From Actinomycetes bacterium (GTDB taxonomy: Bacteria > Actinomycetota > Acidimicrobiia > Acidimicrobiales > Aldehydirespiratoraceae), in assembly GCA_024276495.1 (NCBI GenBank), contig JAJRXC010000013.1, forward strand, positions 6,402 to 70,401: a stretch of 64,000 nt of DNA. The letters run 5' to 3'. Under the pieces are notes generated by a model. It worked only from the letters and a program-made list of their open reading frames with translations, was not told the DNA's origin and did no database searches. The position numbers were made by a program, and so were the translations under genes. Below, piece after piece: positions 1 through 8,433 of the stretch (positions within the stretch are counted from its first letter, which is position 1; each line of letters starts with the position of its first letter).

Positions 1-182
1 GCGGCCGGGTGGGCTTCTTCCTCCACACCGACGACTTCGCCCGCGACCACGCCCGTCTGCGCGAAGCCGGCGTGCGTTTCCTCGAAGCGCCTCGCCACGA
101 GCCCTACGGCACCGTCGCGGTGTGGGAGGACCCGTGGGGGAACCGCTGGGACCTGCTGGAGCCGGCCGCAGAAGCCCCGTAG
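1..182 (+). CDS. VOC (glyoxalase/bleomycin-resistance/dioxygenase) family protein, C-terminal fragment; the 5' end lies outside the window
   Basis: The frame is open from the window edge and reads GRVGFFLHTDDFARDHARLREAGVRFLEAPRHEPYGTVAVWEDPWGNRWDLLEPAAEAP, then TAG. The YG...DPWGN.W.L ending is typical of VOC-fold proteins. It is too short for the ORF track. The stop coordinate is good to about 1 nt. Confidence 0.5.
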   Translation, partial: GRVGFFLHTDDFARDHARLREAGVRFLEAPRHEPYGTVAVWEDPWGNRWDLLEPAAEAP

Positions 183-192
183 GGTCGCCGCC

Positions 193-933
193 ATGTTCGA
201 TCTCGCCGGCAGGACCGCCCTCGTCACCGGCGCGGGTCAGAACACCGGTGCCGGGATCGCCCGAGCCCTCGCCGGTCGGGGCGCCCTGGTCCTCGTCAAC
301 GATCTGGCCGCCGAGCGGGCCGCGGCGGTGGCCGACGAGATCACCGCCGACGGTGGCCGGGCGACTCCCCTGCCGTTCGACGTGACCGACCTCGATGCCG
401 TCACCCGGGCGATCACGATCAGCGGTCCCGTCGACATCGTCGTCAACAACGCCGGCAACGGTGGCGCCGAGCAGATGCGGCCCACACCGTTTCGCGACAT
501 GGACCCGGCCGACTGGGAGAGCCCGATCGAGGTGAACCTGCGCGGGGTCATGAACTGTTGCCACGCCGCCATCAATCCGATGGTCGAGCGGGGCTGGGGA
601 CGCATCATCACCATCTCGTCAGGGGCCGGCGCATCCGGAGTCGGCATCGGTGTCGCCCCCTACTCCGCGGGCAAGGGCGGCGGGCTCGGGTTCATGCGCT
701 CGTTCGCCCTGGAGAACGCGGCGTTCGGGGTGACGGCGAACAGCATTGCGCTCGGGCTGATGGACAACGTCGGCTCGAGCGACGTCACCGCTCACCTCGC
801 CACGTCGGTCCCGTGCAAGCGCCTCGGCTCGCCCGACGACGTCGGCGCCCTGTGCGTGTATCTCGCCTCCGACGACGCCGGCTGGATCACCGCCCAGACC
901 ATCAACCTCAACGGCGGATCCGTCACCTCCTGA
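193..933 (+). CDS. short-chain dehydrogenase/reductase (SDR, FabG-like)
   Basis: 246-aa track ORF. It has the Rossmann motif TGAGQNTGAGIA, NNAG, and the catalytic YSAGK (YxxxK). Confidence 0.85.
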   Translation: MFDLAGRTALVTGAGQNTGAGIARALAGRGALVLVNDLAAERAAAVADEITADGGRATPLPFDVTDLDAVTRAITISGPVDIVVNNAGNGGAEQMRPTPFRDMDPADWESPIEVNLRGVMNCCHAAINPMVERGWGRIITISSGAGASGVGIGVAPYSAGKGGGLGFMRSFALENAAFGVTANSIALGLMDNVGSSDVTAHLATSVPCKRLGSPDDVGALCVYLASDDAGWITAQTINLNGGSVTS

Positions 934-985
934 TCGGTGTGGTGCAACCGCCCGACTCCGCGCCTTACCGGGTGAGGATCTCATC

Positions 986-1447
986 GTGGCCGACCACCCG
1001 CAGGACTTCGAGGCGTTCTTCGCCACGGCCGAACCGCTCCTGCGCCGCGCCCTGGTCGCCGGCTTCGGCGGGGAGATCGGCCGGGAGGCGACCGCCGAAG
1101 CGCTGACCCACGCCTGGCAACACTGGGACCGGGTGGGAGCGATGGCCAACCCGCCCGGGTACACGTACAGGGTCGGTGAACGTTGGGCCCGGCGTCATCG
1201 GCGACGGGGGCGACGCCGATCCGCGCCACCCCCATCGGTCACGGCCGAGCCGATGTTCGAGCCCCGACTGGCCCCGGCCCTCGCCACCCTGCCCCGCCGT
1301 CAACGTCAGGCGGTCGCCCTCGTGCACGGGCTCGGCCTCACCCATGCGGAGACGGCCGCCGTGTTGGGGCTGTCGAGGTCCACCGTGCAGAACCATGTCG
1401 AACGGGGACTCGCCGCGTTGCGCGTCGCCCTGGGAGTGGAACCATGA
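986..1447 (+). CDS. ECF-type RNA polymerase sigma factor (short)
   Basis: 153-aa ORF with a region-4 HTH (RRQRQAVALVHGLGLTHAETAAVLGLSRSTVQNHVERGL). Its stop overlaps the next start (ATGA at 1444-1447). Confidence 0.7.
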   Translation: MADHPQDFEAFFATAEPLLRRALVAGFGGEIGREATAEALTHAWQHWDRVGAMANPPGYTYRVGERWARRHRRRGRRRSAPPPSVTAEPMFEPRLAPALATLPRRQRQAVALVHGLGLTHAETAAVLGLSRSTVQNHVERGLAALRVALGVEP

Positions 1448-3480
1448 TCGAACCGACCAGACTCATCGAGCACCTCGACACCCTCGCCCCCCCGGTGACG
1501 CTGGCCGAGATCCAACACGCCGAACGAACCAGCCGGATGCGGCTCGTGACCGTGTCGGCGGTCGTCCTGGTCATCGCCGTTCTCGTTGCCGCGGCCTGGC
1601 TGGGCCGTGACGACGCCGTCGAGCAGCAACCGGCGGAGACGCCCGCACCCGACGTCGAGGTCACCACGCCGACCACACTCGCCACCGAGATCACGTTCGG
1701 GCCGGCTCCCGACTTCGTTCCGTTCACCCCTCCACTGGCGGACTGGGAGCTGACCTCCTTCCGGTCGGGGGTCGACGAGAATCAGCAGATCATCCCGGCC
1801 AGTCGCTACGCGACGGTCAACGAAACCGGCGACGGGTACGCCTCGACCCTACGGGTCTGGACCGCGCCCACGGCCGAGTTCACGGTGGCGAGGTTCGCCG
1901 AGTCCGAGGAAGAGTTCCGGCTGGCCGATGGTCGCACCGCGTGGCGCAGTGATCTCGGGGGGACCAGCGTCCGGATCGAGATCGACGAGCAGCGCTCCCT
2001 CCTCGTCCAAGGCCAGGGCCTCGACACCGCTCAGGTCGCCGCCGCCCTCGTCGGTGTCGAATTCATCGATGACATCCCCGTCGTGGCGGACGCCGCCCTC
2101 CCCGTGGGTATGCAGCGGTTGGAAGGATCGACCTTCGGCAACCGGACCACGTCAACCACGTGGACCCGCGGCGAGCGGAACGTCCGCCTGACCCAGATCG
2201 ACGGGCCCGGTGCGCGACTCAGCTGGCGGCGCTGCTGCAACCTCGCCAATCGCTGGTCGCTCGATCCCGGCGCGGTCGACATCGTCTCCGGGTTCTGGAC
2301 CCGGCAGATCGACGAGGACACCGTGGTGTCGACGGCGTCCTCGGACATGTCGGAGACCGAGACCCGCGACTTCTTCGACCGCCTCACTCGACCGTCGGCC
2401 GATCGCTGGCTGGTGGAGTTGGAGTCGCAGCTGCTCGGCGACGTCGGCGAAGGCCGCCTCCTCGATCCCGGGCCGTTGAGTAGCCGAGGCAGCGCACTGG
2501 TGGCCGCGGTCGATTCAAAGGTGATCGTCTGGGGCGGCCGCTTCGCCGGGATCGACCGCACCGACGGTGCCGTCTACGACATCGCCACCGGATCCTGGTC
2601 GCCCGTGGCCCCGCATCCCGCGCCGCCGGCCGACGCGTCGATCGCGGTGCTCGACGACCGGGTCGTGATCTTCGGCGGGACGATCGACGGCGAACCGACC
2701 ACCGCCGCGGCGATCTACGACCCGGCCACCGACCGCTGGACAACCGTCGCCCCGTTCGCAACCGATGGCGCGATCGGCGGCGCACTCGTGCGGCGCGGCG
2801 ATCTGCTCGCACGGGCGAGCAACGGGTTCGGCCATCGCTTCGCGACACTCGATCCCGATGACGCCGAGTGGTCCGTCCTTCCCGACCCTCCCGCGATCGC
2901 GCTGGGTGTCGAATCGGGGGCAGTGGAAGTGTCGGAGTCGGGTCGGTGGCTGGCCTATACCGGAACCGCCCCATTCAGCGAAGTCAACGGTGGGAGCCAG
3001 CGGGTGCTCATCTTCGATCTCGATTCGCGTGTGTGGGGAAAGCACGACGTACCTGCCCTTTCGACCTTCGGCAACATCGGCCCCGGTGATACGTGGCTCG
3101 GCGATGAGCTCGCTCTCGCGTGGCAAACAGCTTCCTTCGGGAACGCCGACAGGTCGACGATCAGCCTGGTACTACTCGACCCCGCCACCGGCCTGTGGAG
3201 CGACGTCCAAGAGATCGCGACGGGAACTGAGTGCTTCTTCCCTGAACTGCAGGCCGACGGAGCAGACTTCCTGGTCGACTGTCGTCGCAGTGGGAATTCG
3301 TTTCGTCTCCAAGCAGGCGCGAACACCTGGGAGATTGACCCCGACGCTGAGCCACGTTTCGTCCCCCGCCCCGACTCGCTGAGGACCCTTGCCGAGGCGA
3401 GCGCCGGCCCGTTCACCTACCTCGGCGGCGATGGTGTGCCGAACACGTTCGTCCGCCGATCCGGCCCCGACGACGGCTGA
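1444..3480 (+). CDS. membrane-anchored Kelch-like repeat protein, candidate anti-sigma factor
   Basis: Track ORF 1183..3480 trimmed to ATG 1444, which overlaps the sigma stop. There is a short cytoplasmic N-terminus, one TM segment (VTVSAVVLVIAVLVAAAWL) and C-terminal propeller-like repeats (VIVWGGR, YDIATGSWSPV, VVIFGGT, IYDPATDRWTTV). Confidence 0.6.
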   Translation: MIEPTRLIEHLDTLAPPVTLAEIQHAERTSRMRLVTVSAVVLVIAVLVAAAWLGRDDAVEQQPAETPAPDVEVTTPTTLATEITFGPAPDFVPFTPPLADWELTSFRSGVDENQQIIPASRYATVNETGDGYASTLRVWTAPTAEFTVARFAESEEEFRLADGRTAWRSDLGGTSVRIEIDEQRSLLVQGQGLDTAQVAAALVGVEFIDDIPVVADAALPVGMQRLEGSTFGNRTTSTTWTRGERNVRLTQIDGPGARLSWRRCCNLANRWSLDPGAVDIVSGFWTRQIDEDTVVSTASSDMSETETRDFFDRLTRPSADRWLVELESQLLGDVGEGRLLDPGPLSSRGSALVAAVDSKVIVWGGRFAGIDRTDGAVYDIATGSWSPVAPHPAPPADASIAVLDDRVVIFGGTIDGEPTTAAAIYDPATDRWTTVAPFATDGAIGGALVRRGDLLARASNGFGHRFATLDPDDAEWSVLPDPPAIALGVESGAVEVSESGRWLAYTGTAPFSEVNGGSQRVLIFDLDSRVWGKHDVPALSTFGNIGPGDTWLGDELALAWQTASFGNADRSTISLVLLDPATGLWSDVQEIATGTECFFPELQADGADFLVDCRRSGNSFRLQAGANTWEIDPDAEPRFVPRPDSLRTLAEASAGPFTYLGGDGVPNTFVRRSGPDDG

Positions 3481-3656
3481 GCCGACCGGCCGACTCGAAC
3501 TCCGCACTCTGAGCGGTCGCCGTCGAACGCTGCACGACCGCCGGCGGAAACGTCGGACCATCGGTCACCCATCAGGTCCTCGACGTCATCCACATGATCA
3601 CCGGCATGCCGTAGACCGCGAGACCAAGGCCAGAGGGCCGAGGGAACGACCGTGGC

Positions 3657-4946
3657 CTACTCGGGCCAGGGGATGCCGTAGTCGTCGAACCAGAAGCGGG
3701 CTTCGCGGATGGCGTTCTCGGGGGTGCGCCGCGAGACGTCCTGATTGAGCTGCTCGGGGGTGGGGCCGACATCGGCGGCGATCTTGGTGAGCCCGTCGAC
3801 GTCGAGGTCGTAGCAGCGCACCGCGTTGAGGCCGAGCAGCAGGCGCGTCTCCTCGACCGGCACGTTCTGGAAGTCGGTCTCGAGTCGCTCGACGGTGTTG
3901 GGCCACGAGCCTTCGGGGTGGGGATAGTCGGTGCCCCACATGAGGGCATCGACACCGTTGACGTAGCGGCGCCGGAGCTCGACCTTGCTCATGGTCGACG
4001 CCCCGATGAACACATTGGTGCCGATGTACTCCGACGGCAGCTTCTTGATCAGGTTCTTGGTGCGCGAGGCCATCTTCTTGACCTTCCAGTTCTGCCCGCC
4101 GAACACCGAGTCGGTCTTGAACAGGAGGTCGCCGAGCCACCACGAGCCGCACTCGACCGGCACGTACTTCAGGTTGGGATGCCGGTCGAACGTGCCCGAG
4201 AGGAGCAGTTGCCACAGCGGCCGATGCGTCCAGAAGGCCACCTCGAGCATGTACTGGGCCATGTTGTCGTTGTAGGCGGGCGTGTCGGCTTCACCGGAGT
4301 GGGTGTGCACGACGAGGCCGGCGTCGGCGCACGCGGCCCAGACCGGGTCGTAGTGCTCAGCGCCGTACGACGGATTGTCGTGCCACATCGTGGGGATCAT
4401 GATGCCCTTGATGCCGGGCTTGCCCGCGAGCGCCTCGATCTCCTTGACCGCCTCGTCGACACCATGGGTGATAGGAACGAGAGCGACACCGGCCCGGCGG
4501 GGCGGGTTGGTCGCACAGAACTCCTCGAGCCAGCGGTTGTGAGCCCGGGCGCCCGCCCAGGCGAGCTTCGGGTCGGTGATCGCACCGGCCGACAAACCGG
4601 CACCGAACGGCGGCGACTCCATGCCGGTCACCGCGTCGCCGTCGGCGAAGATGATCTCGCCGGCCACCCCGTCGGCGTCGAGGGTCTTGTCGCGAATCAC
4701 GGGGTCGTAGGCGCCCTTCAGGCCGATCTCGTTCTCGCGCTCCCACTGCTCGACATACTCGCCGTTGATCTCCTCGACCATGGCCCGGTGCTCGTGGCGG
4801 GTCGCGAGCCATTCGTCGAACTCGGCGTGCACGGCCGAGTCGAGATACTCGCGGTAGTCCTCGACATAGAGACCGGCGTGGGTATCGGACGAGACGATGA
4901 TGTACGGGTTGTTGCTCTGGTCGATGCCCTCGAGCGGATTCGGCAT
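3657..4946 (-). CDS. metal-dependent amidohydrolase (amidohydrolase_2 / ACMSD-like TIM barrel)
   Basis: 429-aa ORF. It has an N-terminal IIVSSDTHAG-type metal-ligand start and the length and layout of amidohydrolase-2 proteins. The family assignment is from memory only. Confidence 0.6.
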   Translation of the reverse strand: MPNPLEGIDQSNNPYIIVSSDTHAGLYVEDYREYLDSAVHAEFDEWLATRHEHRAMVEEINGEYVEQWERENEIGLKGAYDPVIRDKTLDADGVAGEIIFADGDAVTGMESPPFGAGLSAGAITDPKLAWAGARAHNRWLEEFCATNPPRRAGVALVPITHGVDEAVKEIEALAGKPGIKGIMIPTMWHDNPSYGAEHYDPVWAACADAGLVVHTHSGEADTPAYNDNMAQYMLEVAFWTHRPLWQLLLSGTFDRHPNLKYVPVECGSWWLGDLLFKTDSVFGGQNWKVKKMASRTKNLIKKLPSEYIGTNVFIGASTMSKVELRRRYVNGVDALMWGTDYPHPEGSWPNTVERLETDFQNVPVEETRLLLGLNAVRCYDLDVDGLTKIAADVGPTPEQLNQDVSRRTPENAIREARFWFDDYGIPWPE

Positions 4947-4972
4947 GGCGGGTTCCCTTGCGTCTGACTAGA

Positions 4973-5001
4973 ACACTGTCATAGTGTGGCCTGCACACTG
5001 T
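4973..5001. promoter_or_regulatory. candidate operator in the divergent amidohydrolase/TetR region
   Basis: ACACTGTCATAGTGT imperfect palindrome (4973-4987) plus a direct repeat of ACACTGT at 4995-5001, in the AT-richer part of the 200-bp divergent intergenic region. Confidence 0.25.
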
Positions 5002-5049
5002 TACAGAGACCGACGGGACACGCAACCCCACCCCACCCCACCCCCTTCC

Positions 5050-5105
5050 CCTGCTTTTCTGACGCGTTGGTCGCGCCATACGCGATCAACGCGTCAGAAA
5101 AGCCC
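5050..5105. repeat. palindromic intergenic repeat, copy 1 (imperfect)
   Basis: GCTTTTCTGACGCGTTGGTCGCGCCATACGCGATCAACGCGTCAGAAAAGC. It shares the identical 23-mer CGCGATCAACGCGTCAGAAAAGC (5081-5103) with copies at 8466-8488 and 54395-54417. Confidence 0.85.
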
Positions 5106-5146
5106 GGGGCCCGGGAGGGGGGAACGCGGGGAGGGAAAGAGCGACG

Positions 5147-5836
5147 ATGAGCAAAACCGCGACAACCGAAGGCACCGGGCGCCGGGCGGGGTTCGACCGC
5201 GCCGACATGGTCGCGACCGCGATCGCCCTCGTGGAGAAGGAAGGACCGGCCGCCCTCACGATGCGGCGCCTCGCGGCCGAGCTCGACGTCGCCACCCCCA
5301 CCGTCTACTGGCACGTCGGCAGCCGAGACGAGCTCGTCACCGAGATCATCCGCCACCAGTCCGAGCGGCTCGCGACCCGCCCGATCGTCGGCACGACCCC
5401 GGCGGACCGGGTGATGAGCGCAGCCCGGCACGTGTGGGACAGCGCCCTCGACAACCGGGCCATCACATCGCTCGCCCATCAGACCGGCACGACGGCTCTG
5501 CTCGAACACCCACTCGAGGAAGCACTCGTGTATGAGTTGGAGGCCGCGGGTCTCACCGGGGCCGCCGCGGCCGACGCGCTGCGGGCGATCCTCGCGACGA
5601 TCGGCGGCTTCCTCATCCTCGCGCTGCGCGACGAATCCGCTATCCCCGAAGACCGGCGCGGACCCGCCCTGTGGGCCGCGTCGGATGCCCCGGTCGCCCC
5701 GGCCACGATCCACGCCCTCGCCGCGCCGCCCGACCTCCCGCACCTCTTCGAATCCACCGTACGTACCGTGGTCGACCACCACGTCTCGAACCGAGCCGAT
5801 CCTGCCAAGGAGCCCCAATGTCCGACATCCCGATGA
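5147..5836 (+). CDS. TetR/AcrR family transcriptional regulator
   Basis: 229-aa ORF with an N-terminal HTH (TMRRLAAELDVATPTVYWHVGSRDELV). A G-rich RBS region lies just upstream. Confidence 0.85.
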   Translation: MSKTATTEGTGRRAGFDRADMVATAIALVEKEGPAALTMRRLAAELDVATPTVYWHVGSRDELVTEIIRHQSERLATRPIVGTTPADRVMSAARHVWDSALDNRAITSLAHQTGTTALLEHPLEEALVYELEAAGLTGAAAADALRAILATIGGFLILALRDESAIPEDRRGPALWAASDAPVAPATIHALAAPPDLPHLFESTVRTVVDHHVSNRADPAKEPQCPTSR

Positions 5837-6579
5837 GCCGACCCGGCGAGGTGACCGGCTGGCCGAAGCTGGTCGTGAAGTACACCACCGACGACACCAA
5901 CATCGCACCCCTGCTCCCTCCGGGCCTCACCCCACTCGACCCGACCGTCACCGTCGGCATCTATTGCGTGCCGATCCTCGGCGAGCCGGAGTTCGGCGTC
6001 AGCGTCAAGGTGCCGGCCGCGTGGAACGGCGTCGAGGGCCAGTACAACCTCGGGATGGGCATCGACCAGGAGGCCGCGGTCTTCATCAGTGGTGAGCTCA
6101 ACGGACAACCCAAGTTCCTGTGCGAGATCGACTACTTCCGCATCGGCGATCACGTCGGCGCCCGCACCACCCATCAGGGCTACACCTTCATCGAGTTCTC
6201 CGGCGAAGTCCGCGGCACGGTCGAACCGGTCGCCGGCGACTTCACCGAACACGAATGGTGGACGAAGTACTCGCGGGCCATCGGGGGCGCCGAGAAGCAG
6301 TACGACTTCGCACCCCATGTGGTCGACGTCGCCACCACGTTCGAACAAACACACGTGGAGGACATCGACGGCGAACTTACCTTGCGCGACAGTCCGTGGG
6401 ACCCGGTCGCCCGCTACCTGCCGCTCCGCGAGCAGCTGTCAGCCCAACTCGTCACCCACCACCCCAAGGCCCGGGTGATCACCAACGCCGGGCCCCTCGA
6501 CCCCGACGCCTTCTGGCCCCACGCCGATGTCATCGGCGGTAGCCGCTGGCCCGGCGACCGAGGCGGCCCGAAACGCTGA
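5818..6579 (+). CDS. acetoacetate decarboxylase (ADC) family protein
   Basis: Track ORF 5671..6579 trimmed to ATG 5818. An alternative ATG at 5833 forms ATGA with the TetR stop. The GELNGQPKF segment resembles the GRE.wG.PK core of ADC-family proteins, and the size (about 250 aa) fits. Confidence 0.55.
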   Translation: MSDIPMSRPGEVTGWPKLVVKYTTDDTNIAPLLPPGLTPLDPTVTVGIYCVPILGEPEFGVSVKVPAAWNGVEGQYNLGMGIDQEAAVFISGELNGQPKFLCEIDYFRIGDHVGARTTHQGYTFIEFSGEVRGTVEPVAGDFTEHEWWTKYSRAIGGAEKQYDFAPHVVDVATTFEQTHVEDIDGELTLRDSPWDPVARYLPLREQLSAQLVTHHPKARVITNAGPLDPDAFWPHADVIGGSRWPGDRGGPKR

Positions 6580-6585
6580 AGGGAC

Positions 6586-7272
6586 TCAGCTCGAGACCGC
6601 CACCATCGTGGACTCGGTGAAATCCGGAGCGGGATGACCGAGCGCGGCGAGCACCGCCGGCGGCACGGAGATGTCGGCGACGAAGAGCTCCCCGACGCCG
6701 GCCGCCGAACGCAGACCGGTCTTCGGCGCGGCCAGGGTCAGTGTCGCGTCGGCCCGCACCGCGGCACCGGGTGCGGCACCGGGTGCGGCGTCGATCCCCG
6801 ATGGGAGGTCGAGCGCCAGCACCGGCGCGGTGCTCGCGTTCATGGCCTCGATCAGCGCCCGGCTCACGCCGCGGGGCGCACCCCGCAACGAGTAGCCGAT
6901 CACCGCGTCGATGATCACGTCGGCCCCGACCTCGCCGGGCCGTTCGGTCAGCTCGATCTCCATCCGCTCGAGCACCGACAACTGGTGGCGGACAACGCCG
7001 GACAGTTCCTCCGGTGAACGAGTCGGGGCCACGACCACCGTCACCCCGCGGTTGGCGAGATGACGGGCCGCGACCATCCCCCCGCCGCCGTTGCCGCCGG
7101 ACCCGACACACAGCACCACCCGCGACGGCGACCAGCGATCGATCGTGAGCTGCGCCAGGTTGCGCCCGGCGTTCTCCATCAACTGCACCAACTCGATGCC
7201 GAGCTCGTCGACCATCACCCGATCGACTTCGATCATCTCCTTCTCGCTGACCCAACCCGAACCGTCGCCCAT
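6586..7272 (-). CDS. NAD(P)H-hydrate epimerase (YjeF N-terminal domain protein)
   Basis: 228-aa ORF with LMENAGRNLA and VLCVGSGGNGGGGMVAARHL, matching the YjeF_N signature. Confidence 0.75.
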   Translation of the reverse strand: MGDGSGWVSEKEMIEVDRVMVDELGIELVQLMENAGRNLAQLTIDRWSPSRVVLCVGSGGNGGGGMVAARHLANRGVTVVVAPTRSPEELSGVVRHQLSVLERMEIELTERPGEVGADVIIDAVIGYSLRGAPRGVSRALIEAMNASTAPVLALDLPSGIDAAPGAAPGAAVRADATLTLAAPKTGLRSAAGVGELFVADISVPPAVLAALGHPAPDFTESTMVAVSS

Positions 7273-7309
7273 CGCCCGATCATGACCGATCGCCGATCCC
7301 CGCGGGGGG

Positions 7310-7810
7310 TCAGTCGTCGCCGCGAAACCAGCTCGCCGTCAACGTCAATCCCTCGATGGACGCCCGCGGATGCATCTCCTCGAAGATGCGGCGGTAGCCG
7401 GTGTTCTTGATCCGCCAGCCCTCATCGGTGCAGACGTAGTCGTCGTAGTAGAACGCGGCCCCTCGGAGGAACATGTCGTACTCACCGATCAGGACCTGGT
7501 CCTCCAGCTTCCAGATGCCACTCGCGGTGCCGTCGCCATGCAGAGTGATCTCCGGGTGGTGGCACGCATGGGTCGACAAGAAGCTCTCCCTTCCCATCGA
7601 CTCCTTCAGGAACTCGATCACCGCGTCGACCCCGTCGAAGCTGTACTTCCCATCGCTGTAGCGGGCACGGACGTCGGCGGTGAGCACGGTTCGCATGTCG
7701 TCGAACTCGTGTTGATCGAGCAGGCGCAGGTACTTGTACTTCAGTTGCTTGATGAGTTCGATCTCGACGAGGTCTTTCGGCGTGAGCGTCATCGCGCCAT
7801 TGTCGGCCAC
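7310..7810 (-). CDS. NTF2-like / SnoaL-like domain protein
   Basis: 166-aa ORF. The N-terminal helix (LVEIELIKQLKYKYLRLLDQHEFD) and the size are typical of SnoaL_4/BaiE-like NTF2-fold proteins. Confidence 0.6.
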   Translation of the reverse strand: MADNGAMTLTPKDLVEIELIKQLKYKYLRLLDQHEFDDMRTVLTADVRARYSDGKYSFDGVDAVIEFLKESMGRESFLSTHACHHPEITLHGDGTASGIWKLEDQVLIGEYDMFLRGAAFYYDDYVCTDEGWRIKNTGYRRIFEEMHPRASIEGLTLTASWFRGDD

Positions 7811-7885
7811 CGGGCCGCTGGCCGTCGATTCGTCACCCTGCCGCCCGCAAACCGTTGGTCCAGGCTTCGAACTTGGCGTAGGCGG

Positions 7886-8362
7886 TCAGCCGAGAAGCTC
7901 CGGAAGCTGCTCGGCGATCTCCTCGGGTGTCATCATCGGCGAGAACCGCTTGACGACGTCGCCCGCGGCGTTGACCAGGAACTTCTCGAAGTTCCAGGTG
8001 ATGTCGGAGGTCTCACCGTCGCCGGGCTGCTGCTCCTTCAGCCAGGTGTAGAGCTCGTGGGCGCCGTCGCCGTTGACCTCGAGCTTGGCGAACATCGGGA
8101 AATCGATGTCGTAGTTCTCGGCGACGAACGCGCGGATCTCCTCGGCCGAGCCCGGCTCCTGGGCCCCGAACTGGTTGCAAGGAAAGCCGAGAACACGGAC
8201 ACCGTTGTCGTCGTGGTGAAGCGTACGCAGACCTGCGTACTGCGGCGTCAGGCCTCAAGCGGACGCGACGTTGACAACGAGACACGCGCTGTCGGCGAAG
8301 TCGGAGAACGAGACCTGCTCCCCTTCGAGCGACATCATCTGGAATTCGTGGAAACGAGCCAT
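7886..8362 (-). CDS. glutathione peroxidase, probably selenocysteine-containing (in-frame TGA at 8255-8257 = residue 36)
   Basis: ATG at 8362 with an AAGGGG RBS. The translation is MARFHEFQMMSLEGEQVSFSDFADSACLVVNVASA-[TGA]-GLTPQYAGLRTLHHDDNGVRVLGFPCNQFGAQEP...FPMFAKLEVNG...WNFEKFLV. The TGA aligns with the peroxidatic Cys/Sec of the NVAS-[CU]-G-x-T motif, and GPx homology continues in the same frame on both sides. The track shows only the last 69 aa (7886..8095). Confidence 0.7.
8221..8243 (-). promoter_or_regulatory. candidate bacterial SECIS hairpin
   Basis: The mRNA reads UGA-GGCCUGACGCC-GC-A-GUACGCA-GGUC-UGCGUAC-GC. This gives a 7-bp upper stem, a GGUC apical loop, a bulged A and 2 further pairs, starting 11 nt after the UGA. 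Confidence 0.55.
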
Positions 8363-8433
8363 GGATCCCCTTTTGGTCGACCACCACACGGTGGATCCCG
8401 GATCGTAGCCCCTCCCTCCTTCCTTCCCTCCCT

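Noticed and set aside
1183-3480. 765-aa version of the Kelch-repeat protein with an 87-aa N-terminal extension
   Set aside because: The extension overlaps the ECF sigma gene out of frame and is Arg/Pro/Gly-rich. ATG 1444, which overlaps the sigma stop, gives a sensible short cytoplasmic tail followed by a TM segment.
5050-5105. The palindromic repeats as a CRISPR array, IS element or MITE with terminal inverted repeats
   Set aside because: The three copies are 3 kb and 46 kb apart, so they do not form an array. No transposase or cas genes are in the window. I could not identify target-site duplications. I therefore report them only as a REP-like palindromic family of unknown mobility.
7886-8362. 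Reading the glutathione peroxidase as a nonsense pseudogene or as a 69-aa fragment
   Set aside because: This is not fully excluded. However, the stop is TGA exactly at the Cys/Sec position, there is no other lesion, and a SECIS-like hairpin with a GGUC loop follows at an appropriate distance. I therefore favour selenocysteine recoding, pending a check for sel genes.
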